64,000 bases of DNA. It comes from a virus. Location: IMG/VR virus record IMGVR_UViG_3300045988_176106, one strand, 5' to 3'. The position numbers were made by a program, and so were the translations under genes. This document shows, in pieces, positions 9,223-18,568 of the stretch (positions within the stretch are counted from its first letter, which is position 1; the number at the start of each line of letters is the position of its first letter). The notes under the pieces were generated by a model. The model was not told the DNA's origin. It searched no databases and worked only from the letters and a program-made list of their open reading frames with translations.

Positions 9223-11006
9223 TGGACGCATTAGACGCTCACATCATAATGGAGACTAATTATCTACCTATTGGTGATAGAAAAATATTTTCCAACGCTG
9301 TAAAAACTGCCAATAAGATTCCTAAAAGAAGATTAGATACACCAGGATATTCATATTTTGGATCTAGAAGATATTATAGGAATGACGAATCTGGTTATAA
9401 AGGTCATGAGTATGACCTGTTTGAATATTCCAGAATAATAGATACAGAAGCAATTGTTGCTAGGGCTTTTGAAAGAAAAAGAGCCCTAATATTTAAAAAT
9501 GGATATTTCTTCAAATCAAATAATGATGCTAATATAAAATATATTAAGCAAAGATTAAGAGAGATAGAATATGTATCCGGCGTTACATTTAAGTCTTTTG
9601 TTGAGGAATTGACAAATAACCTTATTATGTTTCATAATGCATACGTTGTACTTGTAAGAGATAAAGACAAGTCAAACGGAAAAACTGTATTTATAGATGG
9701 CAATGAAGTTGAACCTATAGCTGGATGGTTCAATCTTCCAACTGAATCAATGCAGCGGAAGATAAAACCAAATGGTGAAATATCTGTATACAGGCAATAT
9801 ATAGATTCTAATAATTTTAGAGTCTTTAAGCCAGAGAAGATTGCTCACCTAACCTATAATAAACGTACAGGGTTTACTATGGGTACACCGCCATTAGAGT
9901 CTGTAAAAGACGATATAATGGCATTAAGAAGAATCGAAGAATCAGTAGAAACATTAATATATAAGTCCCTGTTCCCACTTATCCACGTCAAAGTTGGTAC
10001 AGAGTCAAAGCCGGCAACTATATTAAGCAATGGTGAAGATGAAGTGGCTTCTATGACTAGTGTTATGTCTGATTTGGATGATTATGGTGGTGTAACTACA
10101 AACGAAAGAGTTGAGATAAAAGCTATAGGTGCAGAATCTTTAGCTCTTCGTGTTGAGTCATACCTAGAATATTTCAAAGATAGAGTAATGCTTGGTCTAG
10201 GTGTTTCAGATCTTGATATGGGTATAGGTGATTCATCTGGTAAAGCTACAGGTCAAATCGTATCTCAGACACTAAAAGAAGCAGTAATAAATATGCAGCA
10301 CGTAATTGCTGACTTTATTACACATAGATTCTTTAAGCCTCTTCTAGTAGAGTCTGGCATGTACTCTGCAGAGTATGAAATATCTGATGAAGATCTAGTT
10401 TCGTTTGAGTTTAATAATGTAGATCAGGATTCTCAAATAAAATCAGAATCTCACATATTGAATATGTTCAATAGCGGACTACTTACATTTAATGAGGCTA
10501 GAAAAGAGAACGGATATAGAGAATTATCTGAAGAGCAAATAAAGGATATAGGTAAAGAGAAGGAATATATACTTCCTCCAACAGAGGTTGACTTAAATAA
10601 AGCCTCTGCTGAATCTACTAGAATATCTGCACATGCAGCATCAGTTGCGTCAAAAGAAACTAATAGTTCTGGAAATTCTACAAAAAGTGATGGAAGTAAA
10701 TCTGAAACAAGATCAAAAGTTTCTCCTACAAACCAGTATTCTGACTCGTTAGAGTTATGTTCTCCAATAGATTTGCTAGATAGTATCGCAAAATCTAAAA
10801 GTGATATTAATATAACCTCTCAAACGATATCAAATTATTTAAAATGCAGCATTGACAAAACGAACATATTTTCAGATAATATAATAGATGATATAAGTTC
10901 TCTTGCAGCATTAGAAATATCAGAGTTAAGAGATAACGAAAATACAATAAAGGATATTGACAATATCCTATTTGACACGTATATTACATTAGGGGACTTA
11001 GTTTGA
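9222..11006 (+). CDS. Portal protein (putative)
   Basis: 594 aa, immediately upstream of the protease/scaffold and capsid genes. Acidic, no TM segments, with general portal-like N-terminal pattern (TEAIVARAFERKRALIFKNGYFF...). The call is mainly by synteny. Confidence 0.65.
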   Translation: MDALDAHIIMETNYLPIGDRKIFSNAVKTANKIPKRRLDTPGYSYFGSRRYYRNDESGYKGHEYDLFEYSRIIDTEAIVARAFERKRALIFKNGYFFKSNNDANIKYIKQRLREIEYVSGVTFKSFVEELTNNLIMFHNAYVVLVRDKDKSNGKTVFIDGNEVEPIAGWFNLPTESMQRKIKPNGEISVYRQYIDSNNFRVFKPEKIAHLTYNKRTGFTMGTPPLESVKDDIMALRRIEESVETLIYKSLFPLIHVKVGTESKPATILSNGEDEVASMTSVMSDLDDYGGVTTNERVEIKAIGAESLALRVESYLEYFKDRVMLGLGVSDLDMGIGDSSGKATGQIVSQTLKEAVINMQHVIADFITHRFFKPLLVESGMYSAEYEISDEDLVSFEFNNVDQDSQIKSESHILNMFNSGLLTFNEARKENGYRELSEEQIKDIGKEKEYILPPTEVDLNKASAESTRISAHAASVASKETNSSGNSTKSDGSKSETRSKVSPTNQYSDSLELCSPIDLLDSIAKSKSDINITSQTISNYLKCSIDKTNIFSDNIIDDISSLAALEISELRDNENTIKDIDNILFDTYITLGDLV

Positions 11007-12652
11007 ATCATTTTTCAGAAAAGTCAGGAATCCCAATTATAGTTGATATAGATAGAGATCTTGAAATAAAAATTCAAGACTCTATTAAATCTGGAAGTTT
11101 AAAAAGTGTTACCGTTAAAATGGAGGCAACACATTCCGGAAAAGTAAATGGGAACTACTGGTATTACTCTCCATATGGAATGAGTAATGGAGCTAAAAGT
11201 TTTATTCGCCCATACGCCAAAAGGGTTACAAGAGATCATTTAGATGATTCTGAAACACTTGGCCGCGTAATAGAGGCAAATTATATTTCCTATAGTGATG
11301 CTCCAGAAAAATTACTTAATCCTGTAAATAAAAACTCTATTAGAGAGATAAAAGATTTTATAAAAAGCCCTAATTACAGAAAAAGTGATTATAAAGGGTT
11401 GGGTCATGTTGAGCTTATAGCAAAGATTACAGATCCAGACGCCATTAATAAGATATTAGACAACAAATATGTTTCTGTATCTGTTGGCGGTAATGCTAAA
11501 TCTGCTATATGTTCTGTTTGTGGTGAAAATGTTAAAAATGACCACAGGCATATGAGGGGAGCACAATATAATGGCGAACCATGCTTCTATATTGGAGGAG
11601 ACATGGTTTTTGAACATGTCTCATATGTAGATGTCCCTGCAGATAAAAAAGCAGTATCAACATTAATACGAGATGCTGAAGAGCATAGATCGTATTTATC
11701 AATATTAGATTTTGAAACATCAACACAAGGCAATACAACAATGGTAAAACTGGACGATCTTGATAAGTCAAATACAATCCTTGTAGACCACGCTAAGGAA
11801 TTAGGTATTAAAGACTTTGTATGTCCTACAGACATCAAAGATAAATCAAATTATGTATTTATCGAGGAACAATCATTTCCTATTTCTGATGCATTAAGTG
11901 CATCATTGGTTAAAGATTTCTTCGTTACAAAAATTGAAGATTCAGAAGATAAACAGAGTATCTTGCAACTTGTAGATGAAAAACTAGCTGAGCTTGGGGT
12001 ATCAGATTACACATCTGTAATTGAGGGCGCCAAAGCAACTAAAGATCCAGAAAATGTAGTTAAAGACAGTCTAGACACTGGTGCATTAGCTGATTTAGTT
12101 GTAGCTAAAATTCAAGATTCATTAGGAATTAAAGCTAGTTCATATCAAAGTGCAAGAACTAAAGCATTAGCAAAAGAAAATCAAATACTTTCAAATAAAG
12201 TTGCTGAATTAGAATCACAACTTCGTGATTCATTAGTTTCTCAAATTTCAGCTCTTGATAAAATTGAAGACTCTGATAAAATAGAGAGATTGAAAGAAAG
12301 ATCAATTGATTCTCTTATGGACAAATTGCAAGACATCAAAGATTCTCAGTCAAAAGAAGTAAAAGAGGATAAAGAAGATAAAGATGTCAAAAATGAAGAG
12401 GGTACTGAAGTAAAAGACTCTCAAGATAAAAATACTCTTCCTAAAGATGGAATCGCAATCACAGACTCCGTTGATGGTGAAGGGCAGACAGATACTGGTA
12501 AAGAAGGCGAACCTCAGAATGAAATTAAAGACTCAGAAAGCCTAGTCTTTAAAGATAAAAAAGAACTTGAAGAAGCGTACAGAAAAGTTCTGAAAGAGAA
12601 AGGCCTAACAAAAGCTTTACAATTTAAACGCAGTGCAAAAATTGCTGCATAA
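11003..12652 (+). CDS. Prohead protease (HK97 gp4 / S78-like) fused to an acidic coiled-coil scaffold-like C-terminal domain
   Basis: S78-like landmarks: RDHLDDSETLGRVIEANY, GLGHVELIAKITD...YVSVSVGG and FEHVSYVDVPADKKA (compare the family EVSLV..PA motif). A Cys/His insert CSVCGENVKNDHRH. The C-terminal 300 aa are K/E/D-rich and helical. TTG start at 11003 overlaps the portal stop; the first in-frame ATG is about 40 codons downstream. Confidence 0.6.
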   Translation: MNHFSEKSGIPIIVDIDRDLEIKIQDSIKSGSLKSVTVKMEATHSGKVNGNYWYYSPYGMSNGAKSFIRPYAKRVTRDHLDDSETLGRVIEANYISYSDAPEKLLNPVNKNSIREIKDFIKSPNYRKSDYKGLGHVELIAKITDPDAINKILDNKYVSVSVGGNAKSAICSVCGENVKNDHRHMRGAQYNGEPCFYIGGDMVFEHVSYVDVPADKKAVSTLIRDAEEHRSYLSILDFETSTQGNTTMVKLDDLDKSNTILVDHAKELGIKDFVCPTDIKDKSNYVFIEEQSFPISDALSASLVKDFFVTKIEDSEDKQSILQLVDEKLAELGVSDYTSVIEGAKATKDPENVVKDSLDTGALADLVVAKIQDSLGIKASSYQSARTKALAKENQILSNKVAELESQLRDSLVSQISALDKIEDSDKIERLKERSIDSLMDKLQDIKDSQSKEVKEDKEDKDVKNEEGTEVKDSQDKNTLPKDGIAITDSVDGEGQTDTGKEGEPQNEIKDSESLVFKDKKELEEAYRKVLKEKGLTKALQFKRSAKIAA

Positions 12653-12679
12653 TAGCTACTAATAGCGGAGTTTTAAAAT

Positions 12680-13552
12680 ATGTTTTCACCATATTCTATT
12701 AATAAAAAACAAAATACAAAACACTATAATAAAGGTGACTGGCAGACCCCAGCGGTGATGTTCTCTGAGGGTATGCACCCTGCAGGCCAGTTTATGCCTG
12801 CCCCATACTTGCCATTTGTTCGTGGTAAGGGCGAAGAAGTATACACCCATGTAGTTGTATCAACTGGTAAAGTTGTTGCATTTGATAGCAATGGTTATTT
12901 GGTTCCAGCTGGTATCCTAGATTCTGATGCTGCTTACACTGTAGTAGATGTACAAGAAGGCGTTGTTGGTCCTGATGGTAATCCTGTAGTAGCTGGCGAA
13001 AAAGTTGCTGACAAAATGAAAGCTGCCGGTATTACAGTTTCTGCCCCAGTAGGCGTTGCATTCTTCGACTACCTGCGTAACCCAGGCGGCGATGGTATTA
13101 ACCCACTGGATCTGAACTTCCAAAACTTAAATTATCAAAACCGTGTAACATTCACTACTGACTATGTAATTGAATTGCCTATTGTTGAGAGCGATGAAGT
13201 TTATGCTAAAGCTCCTATGGCTGGCATTGCTGCATTTATTGCTGCTAAAGGTCCTAATGCTGGGACTGGTACAGTTGCTGATTTCACCACAATTAAACCT
13301 GGTGATTTTGTAACATTTGATAAAAATTCTAACTTGATCGTTACTACAGATAAGACAGGCGACAAAGTTATTGGTCAAGTATTGCAAGTTGTTAAACCTC
13401 GTGCAAATAGCATGTTGAAATATGTTCGCACATCATCAAATGGTGGCGGTGAATTGAATAAGATGCCTGGTAGTGCGACTGATGGTGTTGGTCACAAATT
13501 ATCATATTCTGGTGGCTATGGCTTAGTTCGTGTTAACCTTATAAATAGATAA
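12680..13552 (+). CDS. Abundant head protein (decoration or auxiliary capsid protein candidate)
   Basis: GGAG Shine-Dalgarno site upstream. 290 aa. Shares the high-expression codon style of the adjacent capsid gene (CGT, CTG, GGT, NNC). Its position matches lambda D relative to E. Confidence 0.8.
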   Translation: MFSPYSINKKQNTKHYNKGDWQTPAVMFSEGMHPAGQFMPAPYLPFVRGKGEEVYTHVVVSTGKVVAFDSNGYLVPAGILDSDAAYTVVDVQEGVVGPDGNPVVAGEKVADKMKAAGITVSAPVGVAFFDYLRNPGGDGINPLDLNFQNLNYQNRVTFTTDYVIELPIVESDEVYAKAPMAGIAAFIAAKGPNAGTGTVADFTTIKPGDFVTFDKNSNLIVTTDKTGDKVIGQVLQVVKPRANSMLKYVRTSSNGGGELNKMPGSATDGVGHKLSYSGGYGLVRVNLINR

Positions 13553-13583
13553 TATAGCAAAATAAATTAGGAAAATACATAAT

Positions 13584-14807
13584 ATGTCTACAACAGAAGA
13601 AAAACTGAATATCAGAGACGAACTACAGACCTTACACTCTCTGTTTAAAAACAACGGTCGAGATATCACTGGTGAAGTGATGTCAATTAAAGATACATTG
13701 GCAACTCCGAATATCGCTACAATTATGAAGCGTGTTATTGAGGAAGTTGTTCTTGAAGGTATCGAGCCAAATCTTATTGGTCAATCATTGCTGCAACGTA
13801 TCGAATTCAATGGTCCATATGTTACTGAAGTTAAATTCCGTACACTAGGCGCAATTGATGTTGGTGATATCTCTATGGCGGAAGGCCAAGAATATCCAGA
13901 ATTCAGCACCACTAACGGTGGTGGACAAGTAAGCGCCATTATCGGTAAATACGGTTTGGCTGTCCGAATCACTGAAGAAATGCTGAATAACAACCAATGG
14001 GACGTTGTTGGTTATACCCTGCGCGAACTTGGTAAAGCTATGGCTCGTGCACGTGAAGAAAACATCTTCAATGTAATTAATAACGCGGGTGTTGTTGTAT
14101 TTGATAACTTGCACCCTAACCAATCTCTGTTAGGTCGTACAACTGGTCGTGATCTGTCTGGTGCTGGTAACGGTTCATTTACAGCTGACGATATGTATGA
14201 TATGTATGCATCAACTCTGGAACGCGGATTTACTCCTGACGTAATTCTGTGTCACCCATTGGCTTGGGCAACATTTGCTAAAGATCCAGTTCTGCGTGAA
14301 TATGCTCTGCAAGGTGGTGGTTTGAATGACTGGTTCAACACAATGCCTAATGCTAACGTAGGTCAAGGTAAATTTATTCCTGAAGTTTGGCGCAATGCTA
14401 ACCGCCTGTCTGGTGATACTGCTTTCAATCCTACTGCAAATGAACGCGTTGGTACACAAGAAAGTACATTCAACTTCCCATCATACTTCCCTGGAACTGC
14501 TGGTCTGCGCATTATAGCATCTCCACATGTACGTTTTGATCCAGTAGCCAAAACTACTGACATCATCATGATTGATACTAAAGAACTTGGTGCTCTGTGT
14601 GTTATCGAGAATCCTACTATGGATGAATGGGATGACCCAGCACGAGACATCAAAAAAGTTAAAATCCGTGAACGCTATGGTATTGCAATCTTTAACGAAG
14701 GACAAGCTATTTCTGTTGCTCGCAATGTAAGCATCGAGCCTAATGAAATTGTTCTGCCTCCTCAAGCAATTGTTAATAATATCCCACGTATTCAACGTAA
14801 AGACTAA
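13584..14807 (+). CDS. Major capsid protein (HK97 fold type)
   Basis: 407 aa, downstream of portal and protease. N-terminal delta-like helix, then the pattern LATPNIATIMKRVIEEVVLEGIEPNLIG...VKFRTLGAIDVGDISMAEGQEYPEF. Arg is almost exclusively CGN here, versus AGA in neighbouring genes. Followed by a strong terminator. Confidence 0.85.
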   Translation: MSTTEEKLNIRDELQTLHSLFKNNGRDITGEVMSIKDTLATPNIATIMKRVIEEVVLEGIEPNLIGQSLLQRIEFNGPYVTEVKFRTLGAIDVGDISMAEGQEYPEFSTTNGGGQVSAIIGKYGLAVRITEEMLNNNQWDVVGYTLRELGKAMARAREENIFNVINNAGVVVFDNLHPNQSLLGRTTGRDLSGAGNGSFTADDMYDMYASTLERGFTPDVILCHPLAWATFAKDPVLREYALQGGGLNDWFNTMPNANVGQGKFIPEVWRNANRLSGDTAFNPTANERVGTQESTFNFPSYFPGTAGLRIIASPHVRFDPVAKTTDIIMIDTKELGALCVIENPTMDEWDDPARDIKKVKIRERYGIAIFNEGQAISVARNVSIEPNEIVLPPQAIVNNIPRIQRKD

Positions 14808-14837
14808 TATAAACCCATAAGTGTTTATTGGCTAATT

Positions 14838-14872
14838 GGGAGGTAGGGTCTACTCCCTACCTCCCTTTTTTA
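14838..14872 (+). terminator. Rho-independent terminator after the capsid gene
   Basis: Perfect 11-bp stem GGGAGGTAGGG / CCCTACCTCCC with a 6-nt loop (TCTACT), followed by TTTTTTATT. Confidence 0.9.
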
Positions 14873-14887
14873 TTGGATTAAAAATAT

Positions 14888-15475
14888 ATGCAAATAAAAA
14901 TTAAATTAGTTGGCTCATCATTCTTATTTGGTGAAAAGTTCTCTATGATAAGAGGACAAGAAAAAGTTCTCGATTCTGACAAATTAAATATTGCAGATCT
15001 TGAAATTATCTCACATTACATTCGTTCAGGTACACTGGAATCAACTGCCAATGCTGATGATATTATGAGCATTGCTCTTGAGTTGAGAGAGCAAGTTTCA
15101 AATGGCGACACAGATAAAGTGTTTCATCTTCAAAATGAGGCATCTGTAGAAGTTGTTGATGCAGAGATTGTTGATGAAAATGGTAATGTTACAACAACTG
15201 CTGAAATTCTGGAAAGAAAACAATTGAAATCAGATATGGAAACATTTGTTGCAGATAAAGTTGTTAATGCTAATGGAGCTCAAGCTCTTGTAGCACTTAA
15301 AAATTCTCCATATCAAACTAAAGAAGATTTAGAGTACGCATTAAATGCAGAAGTTGAATCTAAAAATCGTAAAACAGTTGTAGCGTTAATTGAAGAGCAA
15401 TTAGCCGCTCTTAATACTAAACAAGAAGAGCAGATTCAAGAAGAAGAACAAGAAGAAGTAGTATCAGAAGAGTAA
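14888..15475 (+). CDS. Acidic hypothetical protein (C-terminal E/Q-rich tail)
   Basis: 195-aa ORF after the terminator, ending ...QEEQIQEEEQEEVVSEE. No clear Shine-Dalgarno site; an internal ATG (MIRGQEK) is an alternative start. Confidence 0.65.
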   Translation: MQIKIKLVGSSFLFGEKFSMIRGQEKVLDSDKLNIADLEIISHYIRSGTLESTANADDIMSIALELREQVSNGDTDKVFHLQNEASVEVVDAEIVDENGNVTTTAEILERKQLKSDMETFVADKVVNANGAQALVALKNSPYQTKEDLEYALNAEVESKNRKTVVALIEEQLAALNTKQEEQIQEEEQEEVVSEE

Positions 15476-15482
15476 CATAATT

Positions 15483-16520
15483 ATGTCAGATAATATATTA
15501 AAAGTATTAAATTCAGAAGATGAATTAAAATTTATGCCATTAAAGGGCGCTATAAAACTTAAATTATCTGGCAGTTACTTTCCATATGCGCTTAATGAAC
15601 ATATATCTCTTAAAAGAATTCATAATAAAGAAGGAATAAATCATTATTCTAAATCGTATAGTGATATGTTCAGAATAGATGAATTCAGAAAAGAGGAAGT
15701 AGATGTAGAGTATAAGGATGGCGTAATAACAATTATTCCTAAAGAGATGTTTCAGGACAATTCCAAATACGCCCTTTACATTGATTCCGGTTTAATGAGT
15801 ATATCAAATGTTCATCAAATAAATGGCAATGATACTGATCTTATATCAAGCACCCTTAACGATAAAAATGTTTTAATAAAAGTTTCGTCAGGGTTTCTCA
15901 ACGAAAATAATAAAATATTTGTAGCTAGTGTATCTATTGAAGGGCAGCTTGTAGAAAACTCTAAGCTAATAACAGTTCCTAGTAATATTAATATTAGAGG
16001 AGTAGATATTTCATTTAAAGATGGATTTATCCCTCATATAGACGATGAGATATCAATAACTGTTACAGCATCACAAATACTTGATAAAGATTTTAAATTA
16101 GAATTTGGAACTGGCACAGCAAGCCCATTAGAAGATAAAACTCCTAAATCTACATCTGGTAGGATAGGCGAATCAGACCTGAAAGAGTTTTACAATGGTT
16201 TAAGTGGATCAAATACAGCTAAAACGACTAATGGTGTAACTACAAGTTCTGTATCATACAGACTTGAAGTAAGACAGCCATCAAAAGCTATGATCGTATT
16301 TGATAAAGAAATAGATAAAGACACTACAGATATAAATTCATTTGATGTAGAATTTATGGAGGCATTTGATAATTACCATTTATCCATGATGGGATTATAT
16401 GAATTGCCGAAGTATATATTAGAATTCTCTATAATTAGGGGTGGAAAAGTATTACAAATAGAGCTAATACAAAATGTAAACCCTAGTGCACCAAATGTAA
16501 TACGTAGGTGGAAAGAATGA
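15483..16520 (+). CDS. Hypothetical virion protein, possibly Ig-like beta-sandwich domains
   Basis: 345 aa. A segment such as VDVEYKDGVITIIPKEMFQDNSKYALYIDSGL resembles bacterial Ig-like (SbsA/Big-type) strands. This is a weak call. Confidence 0.7.
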   Translation: MSDNILKVLNSEDELKFMPLKGAIKLKLSGSYFPYALNEHISLKRIHNKEGINHYSKSYSDMFRIDEFRKEEVDVEYKDGVITIIPKEMFQDNSKYALYIDSGLMSISNVHQINGNDTDLISSTLNDKNVLIKVSSGFLNENNKIFVASVSIEGQLVENSKLITVPSNINIRGVDISFKDGFIPHIDDEISITVTASQILDKDFKLEFGTGTASPLEDKTPKSTSGRIGESDLKEFYNGLSGSNTAKTTNGVTTSSVSYRLEVRQPSKAMIVFDKEIDKDTTDINSFDVEFMEAFDNYHLSMMGLYELPKYILEFSIIRGGKVLQIELIQNVNPSAPNVIRRWKE

Positions 16521-18031
16521 CAGAGTTAGTAGACTATAAAAAGCTTGCAGGAGATAATTATCTTGTAAGGGATCCAGAATTTAAAACTGGGCCAACATTT
16601 ATATATAATACTATTGGAACATTTGCTATCCCATCTGTACATTCTACATTTGACGGATTTGAAGGTCCACCAAGAGCAATCAAAAAAGAGCTTATAAGAG
16701 AAAAAGTCCAAAAGGATAATGGTAAAACTAAGTATGAGACTGTGGAAAGAACAACATTCTTATATAGAGAGCCATTTCATACTTTTAAATACTTTGAAGC
16801 TTTGGGATCTACATATGGCATGCATGAGATAATAAATGACAGAGAAGCATTTGATGGGTCATTCGCATCTATTATAGATAGATGGAAAACTGAGCCTGCA
16901 TATATTGAAAAAATGAATGCACTAAGATCATCTAATGGATATTCATATAACTCTTCTACTATAAATGGTTGTGCCATAACTATACATGCAAATATACAAT
17001 CTGATGGCGAAGTATCATATTCATTTAAAGATCAGATAAAGAAAGACCAATATGACAATGACTATATAGACATACATATTGGGGAATTCCATCTTATGCC
17101 TAATACACCAAGAAATATTTATAGGTGTAATTTGGCATATGATATACAGTTTATAGAAAAAGGTTCTGATAATTTTAATTCAAATATGGATAAAACAGCA
17201 CCTATGCTAACAGGAATTCCAAAACCTAAAGCTACAGAAGATTCTCCAGTAGAATTTTATTTCGGAACAACAAGGTTAGTAGACGAATCGAGTCGCCCTA
17301 AAGAGTTCTATGAAAAAGATTTAAATATAAGACATCCACAATATCTTGAGGCAGGTGCACAAATAAGATGGAAATCTATGAGTGAGCAATGTCAATCATG
17401 GGTAAGGATATATGATGGATTAGATCTAAAGCGTGTAATGTCAAAGAATGTATACAAACCTGGCGCGTATGTATGCAACTCAAAAGTCAAAGTAAATCTT
17501 ACAAAGCTAACAAAGCTTATCAAACAAAATAATCCTGTACCATTATCTACATTTAAAGTTATAATATATCCACCATCATATAATGTACTTGCATATGATG
17601 TAATAGACAGAGTTTCTCATCCTCATTTCTCTATGTTTATATATGAAATGGACTATATAGACTTTGATGTACAAAGAAATTTCAAATCTAGTGGTGGATT
17701 TCAATATTCAATAGAAATATATCATAACGATAAAGAAACTCTTTTGTTTAGAGATTCTACGTCAGATGAGGTAGAAAGATATATAGCTCCACAATATGCT
17801 AATATATTAAAATATGGACTATGGTATCATCATACTAATGGTAATGATTTAAAAACAATAGGAAGAGAATTCCCTGAATTCTCACATACATTCTTAGAAT
17901 ATAAAGGTATAAAAACAGAGGATTATGGAAAAATACGATACTATCCTAATGAGTCATTAATTAAATTTATTGAGAGCAATGGCGGCGTATATATTTCTAT
18001 AACCACATATGATGGAACTAAGAGAGAATAA
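16517..18031 (+). CDS. Hypothetical virion protein
   Basis: I prefer the ATG at 16517 (ATGA overlap with the upstream stop) to the listed GTG at 16508. About 504 aa, no motif recognised. Confidence 0.75.
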   Translation: MTELVDYKKLAGDNYLVRDPEFKTGPTFIYNTIGTFAIPSVHSTFDGFEGPPRAIKKELIREKVQKDNGKTKYETVERTTFLYREPFHTFKYFEALGSTYGMHEIINDREAFDGSFASIIDRWKTEPAYIEKMNALRSSNGYSYNSSTINGCAITIHANIQSDGEVSYSFKDQIKKDQYDNDYIDIHIGEFHLMPNTPRNIYRCNLAYDIQFIEKGSDNFNSNMDKTAPMLTGIPKPKATEDSPVEFYFGTTRLVDESSRPKEFYEKDLNIRHPQYLEAGAQIRWKSMSEQCQSWVRIYDGLDLKRVMSKNVYKPGAYVCNSKVKVNLTKLTKLIKQNNPVPLSTFKVIIYPPSYNVLAYDVIDRVSHPHFSMFIYEMDYIDFDVQRNFKSSGGFQYSIEIYHNDKETLLFRDSTSDEVERYIAPQYANILKYGLWYHHTNGNDLKTIGREFPEFSHTFLEYKGIKTEDYGKIRYYPNESLIKFIESNGGVYISITTYDGTKRE

Positions 18032-18553
18032 ATGGCAAATATTGAATTAAGACTTTCTACTGGTAGTGCTACCAATAAATCAGTTTCAAATATTAGAGAC
18101 TCTATTGGCGGGAAAATGGCCGAATCTGGTACAATATCTCATATAATAACAGAGAACTCATTCAAATTAAATGACGTATGGGATGATATAAGTCAGGCTG
18201 ATAATGCATCTAATACATCTGATTATAGATGTTTATATATTTACAATAATCCAACTGGACCAAATAAGGGCCCATTTTTGGGCACAAAAATATACGTTGG
18301 TGGTGTAACATATGCTAAATTTACGTTAGCCAAAGTAGATGCAAAAAATACAGATGCTAATATAGCAGCATCAGAAACAACACCTCCAGATGGTATAACA
18401 TTTGAAAAATATACAAAAGAAAATCCATTAAGACTTGATACACTTGATGCAGGTGACAGATACGCAATATGGATTAAGCGAACAGCAGAGAATGTATCTG
18501 GAGCAGGGGAAATTAGAGAAGCATTTGAGCTTAATATTGTAGGTTCAGACTAA
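18032..18553 (+). CDS. Hypothetical virion protein
   Basis: 173 aa; TAAATG junction. Motifs LRLSTGSATNKSVSNIRDSIGG, YRCLYIYN and YAIWIKR look like a conserved phage family that I cannot name with confidence. Confidence 0.75.
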   Translation: MANIELRLSTGSATNKSVSNIRDSIGGKMAESGTISHIITENSFKLNDVWDDISQADNASNTSDYRCLYIYNNPTGPNKGPFLGTKIYVGGVTYAKFTLAKVDAKNTDANIAASETTPPDGITFEKYTKENPLRLDTLDAGDRYAIWIKRTAENVSGAGEIREAFELNIVGSD

Positions 18554-18568
18554 TATAAAGGATAAGAG

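Noticed and set aside
14808-14887. TATAAA-like elements upstream of several genes (TATAAAC at 14810, TATAAAGG at 18556, GATATAAAATG at 21510) as T4-type late promoters; also searched for sigma70-like -35/-10 boxes after the capsid terminator.
   Set aside because: In sequence this AT-rich such hexamers occur by chance. The positions relative to starts are inconsistent, and I cannot compute enrichment. No promoter is claimed.
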